A stretch of 64,000 nt of DNA from an uncultured Bacilli bacterium (lineage in GTDB: Bacteria > Bacillota_I > Bacilli_A > RF39 > UBA660). Each line of letters begins with the position of its first letter. Positions within the stretch are counted from its first letter, which is position 1. The notes below the pieces were generated by a model that did no database searches, was not told where the DNA came from, and was given only the letters and a program-made list of their open reading frames with translations. Both the position numbers and the translations under genes were made by a program. Of the stretch, positions 18,155-26,694 are shown piece by piece. The stretch spans positions 6,900 to 70,899 of the forward strand of contig CANRBQ010000001.1 in the NCBI GenBank assembly GCA_947628905.1, read 5' to 3'.

Positions 18155-19584
18155 TGAAAAAACAAAAAGCTGTGATTGGTTTAGAGATGCACTGTGAATT
18201 AAAGAGTAATTCTAAAGTGTTTTCACCAGCAAGAAATACGTATAATGAAGTACCTAATGCTAATATTGCTCCAGTTGATATGGCTTTTCCAGGGACTTTA
18301 CCAGTAGTAAATAAGAAGTGTGTAGCAGATGCGCTTAAAATGAGTATGGCTCTTAATTGTAAACAACCAGAATATATGTATTTTGATCGTAAGAATTATT
18401 ATTATCCAGATTTACCTAAAGGATATCAAATAACTCAAATGGAGAGTCCAGTGGGTATAAATGGGCATATTGAAATTGAAGTGGGAGAAAAGTTAGTGCC
18501 AGTTGATATTCATGATATTCATTTAGAGGAAGATGCGGCAAGTTTAGATCATTATTTTGATACTTCAACCATTGATTATAATAGAGCGGGTGTTCCTTTA
18601 TTAGAACTAGTTACAGAACCTTGTTTACATAGTGCAGAAGAAGCTGTTGCTTTTCTAGAACATATGAGAGATGTATATAAATATTGTGATGTATCGGAAG
18701 CTGATACTAAAAAAGGACAAATTCGTTGTGATGTTAATATTTCAATTATGGATGAAGATGCAACAGAATTTGGAACAAGAGTAGAAGTTAAAAATGTTAA
18801 TTCTTTTGGGGGAGTATACGACGCGATTAACTATGAGATTAAAAGACAATCAGAATTAAAAGAAGCAGGAAGATATGATGAAGTAGAACAAGAAACAAGA
18901 AGATGGGATGAAGAAAGTGGTACTACTATTCATATGCGTAGTAAAGTAGATGCCATAGATTATAAATATTTTGTAGAACCTAATATACCTAAATATAAGA
19001 TTACTAAAGAATGGTTAGAAGAATTAAAAAAAGAAATTCCTAGACTTCATTTAGAAAGAAAATATGATTATATTAATAATTATGGATTAAGTAATTATGA
19101 TGCCACTATTTTAGTTAAAGAAAAAAATGTAGCTGATTATTTTGAAGAATGTTTAGATTTGGGAATAGATGCTAAGGTGGCTAGTAATTGGATTACAACA
19201 CAAGTTTTAGGTTATACTAATAAATATGAAGTAGATATTAAGGATGTTTATTTAACGCCTAAGAGACTTAAAGATTTGACTGATTTAATTAGTAAGGGAA
19301 CAATTTCTTCTAAACAAGCAAAAGATATATTTTTTAAAGTAATGGAAGAGAAAAAAGAAGTTAAAGATTTTGTTAGTAAAGATAATGCGCAGATAAGTGA
19401 TAAAGAAGAATTAACTAAAATTATTGATGATATAATAGCTAATAATCCAAATCAAGTAGAAGAATATAGGGGTGGAAAAACTAATTTATTTGATTATTTT
19501 GTTGGTCAAGTAATGAAAAATACTCGAGGTAAAGCTAATCCCGTTTTAACTAAAGAAATATTAAATTATAAATTAAAAGGATAA
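18154..19584 (+). CDS. gatB: Asp/Glu-tRNA amidotransferase subunit B
   Basis: IGLEMHCEL, FDRKNYYYPDLPKGYQITQ and C-terminal YqeY-like domain. Overlaps the gatA stop. Confidence 0.9.
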   Translation: MKKQKAVIGLEMHCELKSNSKVFSPARNTYNEVPNANIAPVDMAFPGTLPVVNKKCVADALKMSMALNCKQPEYMYFDRKNYYYPDLPKGYQITQMESPVGINGHIEIEVGEKLVPVDIHDIHLEEDAASLDHYFDTSTIDYNRAGVPLLELVTEPCLHSAEEAVAFLEHMRDVYKYCDVSEADTKKGQIRCDVNISIMDEDATEFGTRVEVKNVNSFGGVYDAINYEIKRQSELKEAGRYDEVEQETRRWDEESGTTIHMRSKVDAIDYKYFVEPNIPKYKITKEWLEELKKEIPRLHLERKYDYINNYGLSNYDATILVKEKNVADYFEECLDLGIDAKVASNWITTQVLGYTNKYEVDIKDVYLTPKRLKDLTDLISKGTISSKQAKDIFFKVMEEKKEVKDFVSKDNAQISDKEELTKIIDDIIANNPNQVEEYRGGKTNLFDYFVGQVMKNTRGKANPVLTKEILNYKLKG

Positions 19585-19636
19585 TTTTTTATCTTTTTTT
19601 TATTAAATAATATCATTTATATAGATTTTAAAATAA

Positions 19637-19665
19637 TTGACAAATATATGTTCGGATGGTACAAT
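19637..19665 (+). promoter_or_regulatory. near-consensus sigma-A promoter (TTGACA-N17-TGgTACAAT)
   Basis: TTGACA at 19637-19642, 17-nt spacer, extended -10 TGGTACAAT at 19657-19665. It is 36 nt upstream of the 19701 ORF. Confidence 0.6.
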
Positions 19666-19700
19666 GAAGATATAATTTTAGATTATGGGATGAGGTATAA

Positions 19701-20699
19701 ATGAAAAAAGATAAAATAATTATAGGAGTTTTAGGAGTTATTTTGGTTATTTTACTAGGGGTTATAATTTATCTTTTACTTAATGGCTCTAAAACAATTA
19801 GAGAGATTACAGGTAATGTTATCGTGGCTGATAAAGAATATGTTATTATTGAAGCTAATGATAATGATTATTTAATATCAAATATTAAAGGAAGTTATGA
19901 AGTTGGAGATACTGTTAAGTTTACTTATGAAGATAAAAATTTAGATAGTAATGCTAGTCCTAAAACAATTAAAATAAGTGATGAAGATTTAATAAAACAT
20001 AAAATAGATAGTGCTCCAATAAAGGATAATAAAGATGAAGATGAAGAAGGAGTAGAAAATAAAGATAATACAGATGTTACTTCATCTAATAATGAAGTTT
20101 CTAAGCCTTCTAATAATGATACTAATTCATCTACTGAGAGCTCTATAAATAATACTAGCAGTAATAATGTACCAAATAAAGAGGTAACACCTAATGTTAG
20201 TAATAACGATAATACAACTGCTGATACTACGGTAATTAATTATTTTAATGATTATCAAAAAGAAATTACTAATACTAGTGTTAGTAATCCTAAAAGTACT
20301 TTAAAAAATGGGTTTGTAACAATTGTTGATTTCTTATTTTATAATGGAACTATTAAAGGTTATACTTTTAAAGATTTAACTAATACAACTAAATTAAAAG
20401 TTTTAGCTATGGCTTTATATTTTGATAACAAGATAGAAGAATATTTTCCAGGATATAAAGAAAGTATAAGTAATACAACAAGTAAAGTCTATAACACAGT
20501 GAAAGAAAAAGCTATATCAGCTTATTTAACAATTACTACTAGCATATGTGCAAGTAATACTACTCTTTGTGAAAATGCTAAAGAGGGTTTGGGAGAACTT
20601 AAGAATAATTTTGGTTTAACTTGGGAATTGTTAAAAAGTATAGCAGGAGATGGGCTTACTAATTTAAAGAATTGGTATGAAATATGGAGAGAAAGTTAA
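19701..20699 (+). CDS. membrane-anchored S/T/N-rich extracellular protein
   Basis: N-terminal TM (IIIGVLGVILVILLGVIIYLLL), a low-complexity Ser/Asn/Thr-rich linker and a C-terminal domain of about 170 aa with no recognisable motif. Confidence 0.5.
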   Translation: MKKDKIIIGVLGVILVILLGVIIYLLLNGSKTIREITGNVIVADKEYVIIEANDNDYLISNIKGSYEVGDTVKFTYEDKNLDSNASPKTIKISDEDLIKHKIDSAPIKDNKDEDEEGVENKDNTDVTSSNNEVSKPSNNDTNSSTESSINNTSSNNVPNKEVTPNVSNNDNTTADTTVINYFNDYQKEITNTSVSNPKSTLKNGFVTIVDFLFYNGTIKGYTFKDLTNTTKLKVLAMALYFDNKIEEYFPGYKESISNTTSKVYNTVKEKAISAYLTITTSICASNTTLCENAKEGLGELKNNFGLTWELLKSIAGDGLTNLKNWYEIWRES

Positions 20700-20718
20700 T
20701 ATTGAGAGGAATTGATGA

Positions 20719-21453
20719 TTGATGAAAATTGAGAAATTTAGTAATGAAATAATTGATGAATTACAATATTATGTTTATAAACTAATTGATCCAAGAAATG
20801 GCAAAGTATTTTATATAGGAAAAGGTAAAGGAAATAGAATATTTGATCATGCTAAAGGGGCTTTATTAGATTTAGAAATGGAAAAATGGCAGGATGAGCT
20901 AACGGAAAAAATGAAAACTATTCGAGAAATTAAAGAAGAAGGATTAGATGTTATATATATTATTCATAGACACCATTTAGATGAAGCGACGGCTTTAGAA
21001 GTAGAGGCGGCTTTAATAGATGAATACCCAGGTTTAACGAATGTTATGCCTCCGATTAATTCAGAATATGGAGTTACAAGTGTAGAACAGATTGTGCATA
21101 GATATGGCTTAGAGAAAATAACAAAATTTGATGAAAATGATAAGGTATTAATTATAAAAATAAAGCCAGAGAGTGTTGATGATTTTGGACGTGGCTCTAT
21201 ATATGATACAGTACGTATGTGGTGGAAATTAAGTGAAGAACGTATTAAAGAAGTTAAACAAGTGGCCGCGGTTATTAATGGGGTTGTTAAAAAGGTTTAT
21301 AAAGTTGAAAAATGGATGTATAATGATGAACTTAAAAGATATGGGTTTGAAGGTGAAGAAATAAAAGATTCTATTTATTTAAATAAAATTATTCCAGATG
21401 AATATAAGAGAAGAGGAGAAGCTTCTCCAACATTATATACATTTAAAAGATAG
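20719..21453 (+). CDS. GIY-YIG nuclease-domain protein with C-terminal extension
   Basis: YYVYKLIDPRNGKVFYIGKGKGNRIFDH (GIY..YIG..R..H) followed by LEVEAALIDEYPGLTN (the conserved Glu/Asn region). Confidence 0.55.
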   Translation: MMKIEKFSNEIIDELQYYVYKLIDPRNGKVFYIGKGKGNRIFDHAKGALLDLEMEKWQDELTEKMKTIREIKEEGLDVIYIIHRHHLDEATALEVEAALIDEYPGLTNVMPPINSEYGVTSVEQIVHRYGLEKITKFDENDKVLIIKIKPESVDDFGRGSIYDTVRMWWKLSEERIKEVKQVAAVINGVVKKVYKVEKWMYNDELKRYGFEGEEIKDSIYLNKIIPDEYKRRGEASPTLYTFKR

Positions 21454-21524
21454 TTCTTTAATTTAATTGTAAAATCTTGCAATTTATATTGAATAATAAA
21501 TAATAAATATGGTATAATAATATT

Positions 21525-21700
21525 ACCTAGAGGATATAGTTTATTTTACATAAAACCGACTATGAGATAATTTAGGGAGAATAATTATATATGGAGTTGA
21601 ATGCTGGTCTTGATTTGCCAGAATCCAGAAGTATATATGTTTCTTACCACCTGCGAGCGCGCGGGATTTTATCGACAAATAGACTTTCCTCTGGGTTTTT
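21525..21700 (+). ncRNA. candidate structured small RNA of about 175 nt, class unknown (6S-like architecture?)
   Basis: Promoter TTGAAT at 21489-21494, 18-nt spacer, extended -10 TGGTATAAT at 21510-21518. The 5' end ACCTAGAGGA (21525-21534) is perfectly complementary, with one G-U, to TCCTCTGGGT (21687-21696), which is followed by T5. An internal GC-rich segment CCACCTGCGAGCGCGCGGG is highly atypical for this genome. No ORF. The downstream gene has its own extended -10 (TGTTATAAT, 21705-21713). Confidence 0.35.
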
Positions 21701-21726
21701 AATTTGTTATAATATAATTGGTGGTA

Positions 21727-22407
21727 TGGATGTTTGATAGATTACTTAGAATTATTACAGAAGAAGATTTAGATAAAATTAAAAAGACTAAAATACTTTT
21801 AGTAGGTGTTGGAGGAGTAGGGGGTTTTTGTTTAGAAGCTTTAGTTAGATCAGGATTTCAAAATATTACCATTATTGATGGTGATGTAGTTGATATAACT
21901 AATTTAAATAGACAGATTATAAGTAATAATAATAATATAAATAAAGAAAAAGTAATGGAAGCAAAAGAAAGAGCTTTAAATATTAATCCAAATATAAATA
22001 TAGAAGCCATAAGAGTATTTTTAGATAATAATAATTTTAATAGTTATGTAAATAAAAGTTTTGATTATATTATTGATGCTTGTGATGATTTAAATATAAA
22101 ATTGGCTTTAATTAAATATGCTAAGACTAATAAAATAAAGATAATTACAGCTTTAGGAGCAGGGAAAAAATTAGATGTTACAAAGTTAGAGTTCACTACT
22201 TTAGATAAGACATATAATGATCCTTTAGCTAAAAAATTGCGATATCAATTAAGAAAAGAAGAAATGGATTTAAATATACCTGTTGTATTTAGTAAAGAAG
22301 AAGCAATAAATAATGATAAAATAATAGGAAGTGCTATATTTGTTCCAGGTGTAGCGGGATTAATGCTCGCTGATTATGTATTTTTAGATTTAATTAATAA
22401 AAAGTGA
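21727..22407 (+). CDS. ThiF/MoeB-family adenylyltransferase, TcdA-like (tRNA threonylcarbamoyladenosine dehydratase)
   Basis: Rossmann motif ILLVGVGGVGGFCLEALVRSGF and NRQ motif. Size and sequence fit the TcdA/CsdL subfamily. Confidence 0.6.
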   Translation, partial: WMFDRLLRIITEEDLDKIKKTKILLVGVGGVGGFCLEALVRSGFQNITIIDGDVVDITNLNRQIISNNNNINKEKVMEAKERALNINPNINIEAIRVFLDNNNFNSYVNKSFDYIIDACDDLNIKLALIKYAKTNKIKIITALGAGKKLDVTKLEFTTLDKTYNDPLAKKLRYQLRKEEMDLNIPVVFSKEEAINNDKIIGSAIFVPGVAGLMLADYVFLDLINKK

Positions 22408-22473
22408 GTGTTAGGTAAACATTAAAAGAAGGTTATTTGGCATTAAAAATTTTAGAAATCTTCCTAACACTCA
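22405..22473 (+). repeat. 11-bp inverted repeat with about 47-nt spacer (copy A of a two-copy element)
   Basis: TGAGTGTTAGG ... CCTAACACTCA. It begins at the tcdA-like stop codon. Confidence 0.5.
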
Positions 22474-22509
22474 AGATACTATTTTAATTATTAAAAGAAG
22501 ATTTGTCCA

Positions 22510-22537
22510 GAAAAAGCGTTCGACAAAATTTGACATA
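22510..22537 (+). promoter_or_regulatory. conserved 28-nt motif copy A (GAAAAAGCGTTCGACAAAATTTGACATA)
   Basis: Identical at 27 of 28 positions to 34256-34283. It contains direct hexamer repeats TTCGAC-N4-TTTGAC. Confidence 0.5.
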
Positions 22538-22682
22538 TTTTGCAAAAAGATAAGATGAAAAAGTATTTTTTAGACAATATTTGTATAAAAAAGCGACTTT
22601 TCAACGTAAAAAGGTTTAAGTATTGTTAAAATTATGTTATAATAAATTAGAAATTATTAATATGTAGGAAAGTGGAGTAAAA

Positions 22683-23186
22683 ATGGCAAGGAGGATTCTA
22701 GATATTCATATAGAAGAAATTAGAAATCTTATTAAAGATTCTAAATTGAAGAAAGAAATTAATTATGAATATGATTATGATTTATTAGGAATAGATAGGG
22801 AACTAGATAAGCATGAGAAATATAAAGTGATTCAAAAATTTTTGAATGACTATTTGTTAGAGATTAAAGAATTGTTTTTTAAGAAAAATGTTAAAACATT
22901 AAAAGTAAATAGTGAAGAGTATTTAAAACATTTTACTTTTAATTCAAATATTGAGATTTCTGATGAAGATAAAAATAATATTAAAAATGCAAGTGATTTA
23001 CTGGCTTATCAATTGTATTCAAAAACAGTTGGAGTAAATGGAAGGAAAATAACTTTTCCAATTAATATTGTAAATATAGAAGAATTAATGATTCCAACAT
23101 ATATTAAGAGTCAGTATGTAATGGATGTAATTATAAGAGTTATAGTTAATTTAGCTATTATTTATAATAATTTAAAAAATATGTAA
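22683..23186 (+). CDS. hypothetical protein
   Basis: 167-aa ORF with RBS GGAAAGTGGAG. No motif recognised. Confidence 0.45.
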   Translation: MARRILDIHIEEIRNLIKDSKLKKEINYEYDYDLLGIDRELDKHEKYKVIQKFLNDYLLEIKELFFKKNVKTLKVNSEEYLKHFTFNSNIEISDEDKNNIKNASDLLAYQLYSKTVGVNGRKITFPINIVNIEELMIPTYIKSQYVMDVIIRVIVNLAIIYNNLKNM

Positions 23187-23210
23187 AGTTGGTTCTTTAC
23201 ATATTTTTTT
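23181..23210. terminator. bidirectional intrinsic terminator between convergent genes
   Basis: Hairpin ATGTAAAG-TTGGTT-CTTTACAT flanked by A-run and T-run. Confidence 0.6.
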
Positions 23211-23218
23211 AAGTATTA

Positions 23219-24193
23219 TTAGCTTTTATAAATTAAAAATTCTATTATTTTTTTAGGATCTCTTCTTTTTATAGCAATATCATTTACAATATTAATTATT
23301 GGAACTTTAATTTTTTTGTTTTTAGTTAATTCTTTAAGTGATTTAACTGTATAATAGCCTTCTACAGTATTATTATTTAAAAATGCTTCTATTTCTTTTT
23401 CAGGGGCTTTTTTGCCTAATAAAACTCCAAATTGATAGTTACGACTCTTATTAGAATTGGCTGTTAAGATTAAATCTCCTATACCAGCATAAGATAATAT
23501 AGTTTTAGGATTGCATTCTAATTTTACTAATAAGTCTTTAATATCTTTGATACTTTCTGTAATAAGAAAAGCTCTACTTGATTCATTAAAACCTAAACCA
23601 TCTAATATACCTGCGGCGATAGCAACAACATTTTTAATGCTACTACATAATTGTATACCATAAACATCATTATTAATTCTTAATTTTAAGTGTTCACTAT
23701 GGAGAGCTAAATTTACTAATACTTTAGCTTTCTTACTAGCAGAAGCTAATGTTAAAGCAGCAGGTTCAAGATTCATTAAATCAGTAGCAAAAGTAGGACC
23801 GGAAATAATGGCTATATGTTTAGTTTTTAATATTTCTTTTACAATATCAGATAAATAAGCACATGTATCATTTTCTATACCTTTACTAGCAATTGCTATA
23901 GGAATTTTATTATTATAATATTCTTTCATATTAGTACATGTTTCCCGAATATATTTAGCAGATGTTGCTAAAATTATTAAATCAGGATTGTTTAGAGCTT
24001 CTTCTAAACTATTAGTAACATTAATATTTTGGGGAATATCAATATTAGCAATAGATTTTAAATGATGATTTTTTTGAAAATTATTTACTAATTTTTTATT
24101 TTCACTCCACATGATTATTTCATGATCATTATTAGCCATAGAAATAGCTAAACTTAAACCAAATATTCCAGTTCCAATTATACTTATTTTCAT
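23219..24193 (-). CDS. gpsA: NAD(P)H-dependent glycerol-3-phosphate dehydrogenase
   Basis: MKISIIGTGIFGLSLA NAD-binding N-terminus. Size and overall similarity to GpsA. Confidence 0.8.
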   Translation of the reverse strand: MKISIIGTGIFGLSLAISMANNDHEIIMWSENKKLVNNFQKNHHLKSIANIDIPQNINVTNSLEEALNNPDLIILATSAKYIRETCTNMKEYYNNKIPIAIASKGIENDTCAYLSDIVKEILKTKHIAIISGPTFATDLMNLEPAALTLASASKKAKVLVNLALHSEHLKLRINNDVYGIQLCSSIKNVVAIAAGILDGLGFNESSRAFLITESIKDIKDLLVKLECNPKTILSYAGIGDLILTANSNKSRNYQFGVLLGKKAPEKEIEAFLNNNTVEGYYTVKSLKELTKNKKIKVPIINIVNDIAIKRRDPKKIIEFLIYKS

Positions 24194-25398
24194 TTTATAC
24201 CTCTCATTTCATCATATAATTTATTTAAGTTTAATTCATATTTATTATCTTTTTTATAATAATATTTACGGTTTTTAAGTTTTTTTGGTAGATATTCTTG
24301 AGGATACCAATCATTCTTATAATTATGGGGATAAATATAATCATTAGAGGGATTTATAAGATGTCTTGGAATTTCACCTGATAGGCCTTTATTAATATCG
24401 TTTATGGCTTCATTAATAGCTAGGTAAGCACTGTTGCTTTTAGGAGATAAAGCCATTTCAGTTACTACTACTCCCAGAGGAATTATAGCTTCGGGAAGAC
24501 CCACTAGTTCAGCAGCTTCAATCGCGGCCATGACTTTTGGACCCATTGCAGGATTAGCTAAACCTATATCTTCATAAACAATAACACTCATTCTTCGGTA
24601 AATACTATCTAAATCACCAGCGACTAAAAGACGAGCTAAATAATGAAGAGCAGCATCAACATCACTACCACGAATAGATTTTTGAAAAGCACTTAAGACA
24701 TTGTAATGACCATCTTCATCTTTATCATGAAAAAAAACTGCTTTATTATTTATCTTTTTAATATCGTCAATAGTAATAGTGTGATCTTTAGAGGCATAAT
24801 AAGCTACTTCTAAAGTATTAATAGCACTGCGGAAATCACCAGATGATAGGGAAGCAATATATTTTAAAGCTTCTTCAGTTATATTTATATCTGGAAGTTC
24901 TTTAGTAGCTTTTTTTAAACCTTCGATAATATCATCTATTTCTAATTCTTTAAGTTCAAATATTTGACAACGACTACGAATAGCAGGATTTATTTTATGA
25001 TAGGGATTAGAAGTAGTAAGACCTATTAATATTATTAAACCAGATTCAATATGAGGTAATAATATGTCTTGTTTATCTTTATTCATACGATGTATTTCAT
25101 CAATAACTAAAATCATTTCTCCATACATTTTGGCTTCTTCAATAGCAATATCAAAATCGGCTTTATTGTTGGTAGTAGCGTTTAAAAATTTAGATTTGAG
25201 ATTTAATTCTTGAATTAAAGCATTAGCAATACTAGTTTTACCAATTCCGGGTTTACCATAAAGAATCATAGAGAATATTTTTTTGTTTTTAACTAGATTA
25301 GATAAAACTTTATTAGGACCTATTAAATGTTTTTGACCAATTATATCATCTAGTTTTTTAGGTCGCAATTTATTTGCTAAAAGTTCCATATTAATCAC
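24190..25398 (-). CDS. rarA: replication-associated recombination protein A (MgsA/RarA, AAA+ ATPase)
   Basis: Walker A GKPGIGKTS, Walker B VIDEIHR and C-terminal MgsA helical domain. The real start may be MELLANKLRP (25389). Confidence 0.85.
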   Translation of the reverse strand: MINMELLANKLRPKKLDDIIGQKHLIGPNKVLSNLVKNKKIFSMILYGKPGIGKTSIANALIQELNLKSKFLNATTNNKADFDIAIEEAKMYGEMILVIDEIHRMNKDKQDILLPHIESGLIILIGLTTSNPYHKINPAIRSRCQIFELKELEIDDIIEGLKKATKELPDINITEEALKYIASLSSGDFRSAINTLEVAYYASKDHTITIDDIKKINNKAVFFHDKDEDGHYNVLSAFQKSIRGSDVDAALHYLARLLVAGDLDSIYRRMSVIVYEDIGLANPAMGPKVMAAIEAAELVGLPEAIIPLGVVVTEMALSPKSNSAYLAINEAINDINKGLSGEIPRHLINPSNDYIYPHNYKNDWYPQEYLPKKLKNRKYYYKKDNKYELNLNKLYDEMRGIK

Positions 25399-25445
25399 CC
25401 ATAATTATTATACCATAAATCTTTAAAGAGTGGTATAATGTTTGT

Positions 25446-26348
25446 ATGGTGGTTAACATGGAAGAATTATTAAAGAATAATCCAGAGTTAGAAGAGTATT
25501 TAAAAGAATATTTATATACAGAATATAATTCATCTAAAAATACGAGAGATTCTTATAAATATGATTTACTTAATTTAGTTAAGTTTTTTAAAGGGAAGAA
25601 TATTAGTTATTTAAAAAAAGAAGACATTCAAGAATATTTAAGAAAGAGTAATAAAGAAGCTAAAACTAAGGCTCATTATTTAACTAGTATTAATAATTTT
25701 TATAAATATTTAGTTAATAATAATAAAATTAAAGTTAATCCTTGTGAAAATATTAAAATGCCTAAATTAGAGAAAAAACTACCTGTTTATTTAACTTATG
25801 AAGAAGTTGATAATTTACTGGATATTGCTACTAGTACAGCTTATGATAAAAGAAATAAAGCTATGTTGGAGGTAATATATGCAAGTGGGGTTAGAATATC
25901 TGAGTTATGTAATTTAACTATGAGTAATTTATATTTAGATGATAATTTGATTAAAGTATTTGGTAAAGGTAGTAAAGAAAGAATTATACCTATTAATGAT
26001 ATAGCTAAAAAATATTTAATGGATTATTTAGAATATGGGCGAGGGGAGTTATTAGGTACTAAAGATAGTGAATATGTTTTTATTAGTAGTAGGCATACTA
26101 AAATTACAAGACAAGCATTCTTTAAATTCTTAAAGAAGTTATGTGATGAAAAAGGAATAAAAAAGAATATTAGTCCGCATATTTTGAGACATTCTTTTGC
26201 TACACATTTACTTAATAATGGAGCAGATTTAAGAGTAGTTCAAGAATTATTAGGACATAGTGATATAGTTACTACTCAAATATATACTCATGTAACTAAT
26301 AAAAAATTAGAACAAGAATATGATAAGCATCCTTTAATAAAAAAATAA
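25446..26348 (+). CDS. tyrosine recombinase, XerD/XerC-like
   Basis: R..HxxR..Y catalytic architecture: ILRHSFATHLL, LGHSDIVTTQIYTHV. 300 aa. Confidence 0.75.
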   Translation: MVVNMEELLKNNPELEEYLKEYLYTEYNSSKNTRDSYKYDLLNLVKFFKGKNISYLKKEDIQEYLRKSNKEAKTKAHYLTSINNFYKYLVNNNKIKVNPCENIKMPKLEKKLPVYLTYEEVDNLLDIATSTAYDKRNKAMLEVIYASGVRISELCNLTMSNLYLDDNLIKVFGKGSKERIIPINDIAKKYLMDYLEYGRGELLGTKDSEYVFISSRHTKITRQAFFKFLKKLCDEKGIKKNISPHILRHSFATHLLNNGADLRVVQELLGHSDIVTTQIYTHVTNKKLEQEYDKHPLIKK

Positions 26349-26386
26349 GAAGCCAATATATCATGGCTTCTTTTGAGGTTAAATAA

Positions 26387-26557
26387 TTAACGACCTTCTC
26401 TATTACTTCTTGAACAACTTTCTTGTCTAGAACTTCTAGATTCATTATTTCTAGAGCTTCTAGAACTTTCGTTGTTTCTTGAACTTCTAGAGTTTTCATT
26501 TCTAGAATTTTTAGAATTTCTAGAACTTTCGTTATTTCTACTGTTTTGACTTCTCAT
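26387..26557 (-). CDS. 56-aa Ser/Arg/Asn-rich repeat peptide (not in ORF track)
   Basis: ATG at 26557 preceded by GGGAGG with a 9-nt spacer. Translation: MRSQNSRNNESSRNSKNSRNENSRSSRNNESSRSSRNNESRSSRQESCSRSNREGR. The DNA contains imperfect tandem repeats (TTCTAGAACTTTCGTTRTTTCT). Confidence 0.5.
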   Translation of the reverse strand: MRSQNSRNNESSRNSKNSRNENSRSSRNNESSRSSRNNESRSSRQESCSRSNREGR

Positions 26558-26694
26558 TTTTCTTTACCTCCCAATATTAGTATGGTAGGATTGGTTATTT
26601 TTAAACTTGAAATTAATTGGTAAATAATAGGAATTTTAAATAATTAGCATTGGGATATTTTGGAAATTATATCATATATTTTATTGGTGATTAA

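Noticed and set aside
21560-21640. Possible TPP riboswitch upstream of the ThiF-family gene (CTATGAGATAA / GCTGGTCTTGATTTGCCAGAATCCAG)
   Set aside because: It has only a vague resemblance to the CUGAGA and ACCUGAUCUGGAUAAUGCCAGCG elements. The downstream gene is TcdA-like rather than a thiamine biosynthesis gene, and the transcript ends before it with its own promoter following.
21640-21680. SRP RNA or RNase P RNA at the GC-rich segment
   Set aside because: The conserved SRP domain-IV (GGAAGCAGCCA-type) and RNase P (AGGAAAGUCCGGGCUCC-type) motifs are absent.
26296-26499. Track ORF MKTLEVQETTKV... on the minus strand
   Set aside because: It is a different frame of the tandem-repeat region. 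The RBS-led ATG at 26557 defines the SR-rich frame instead.
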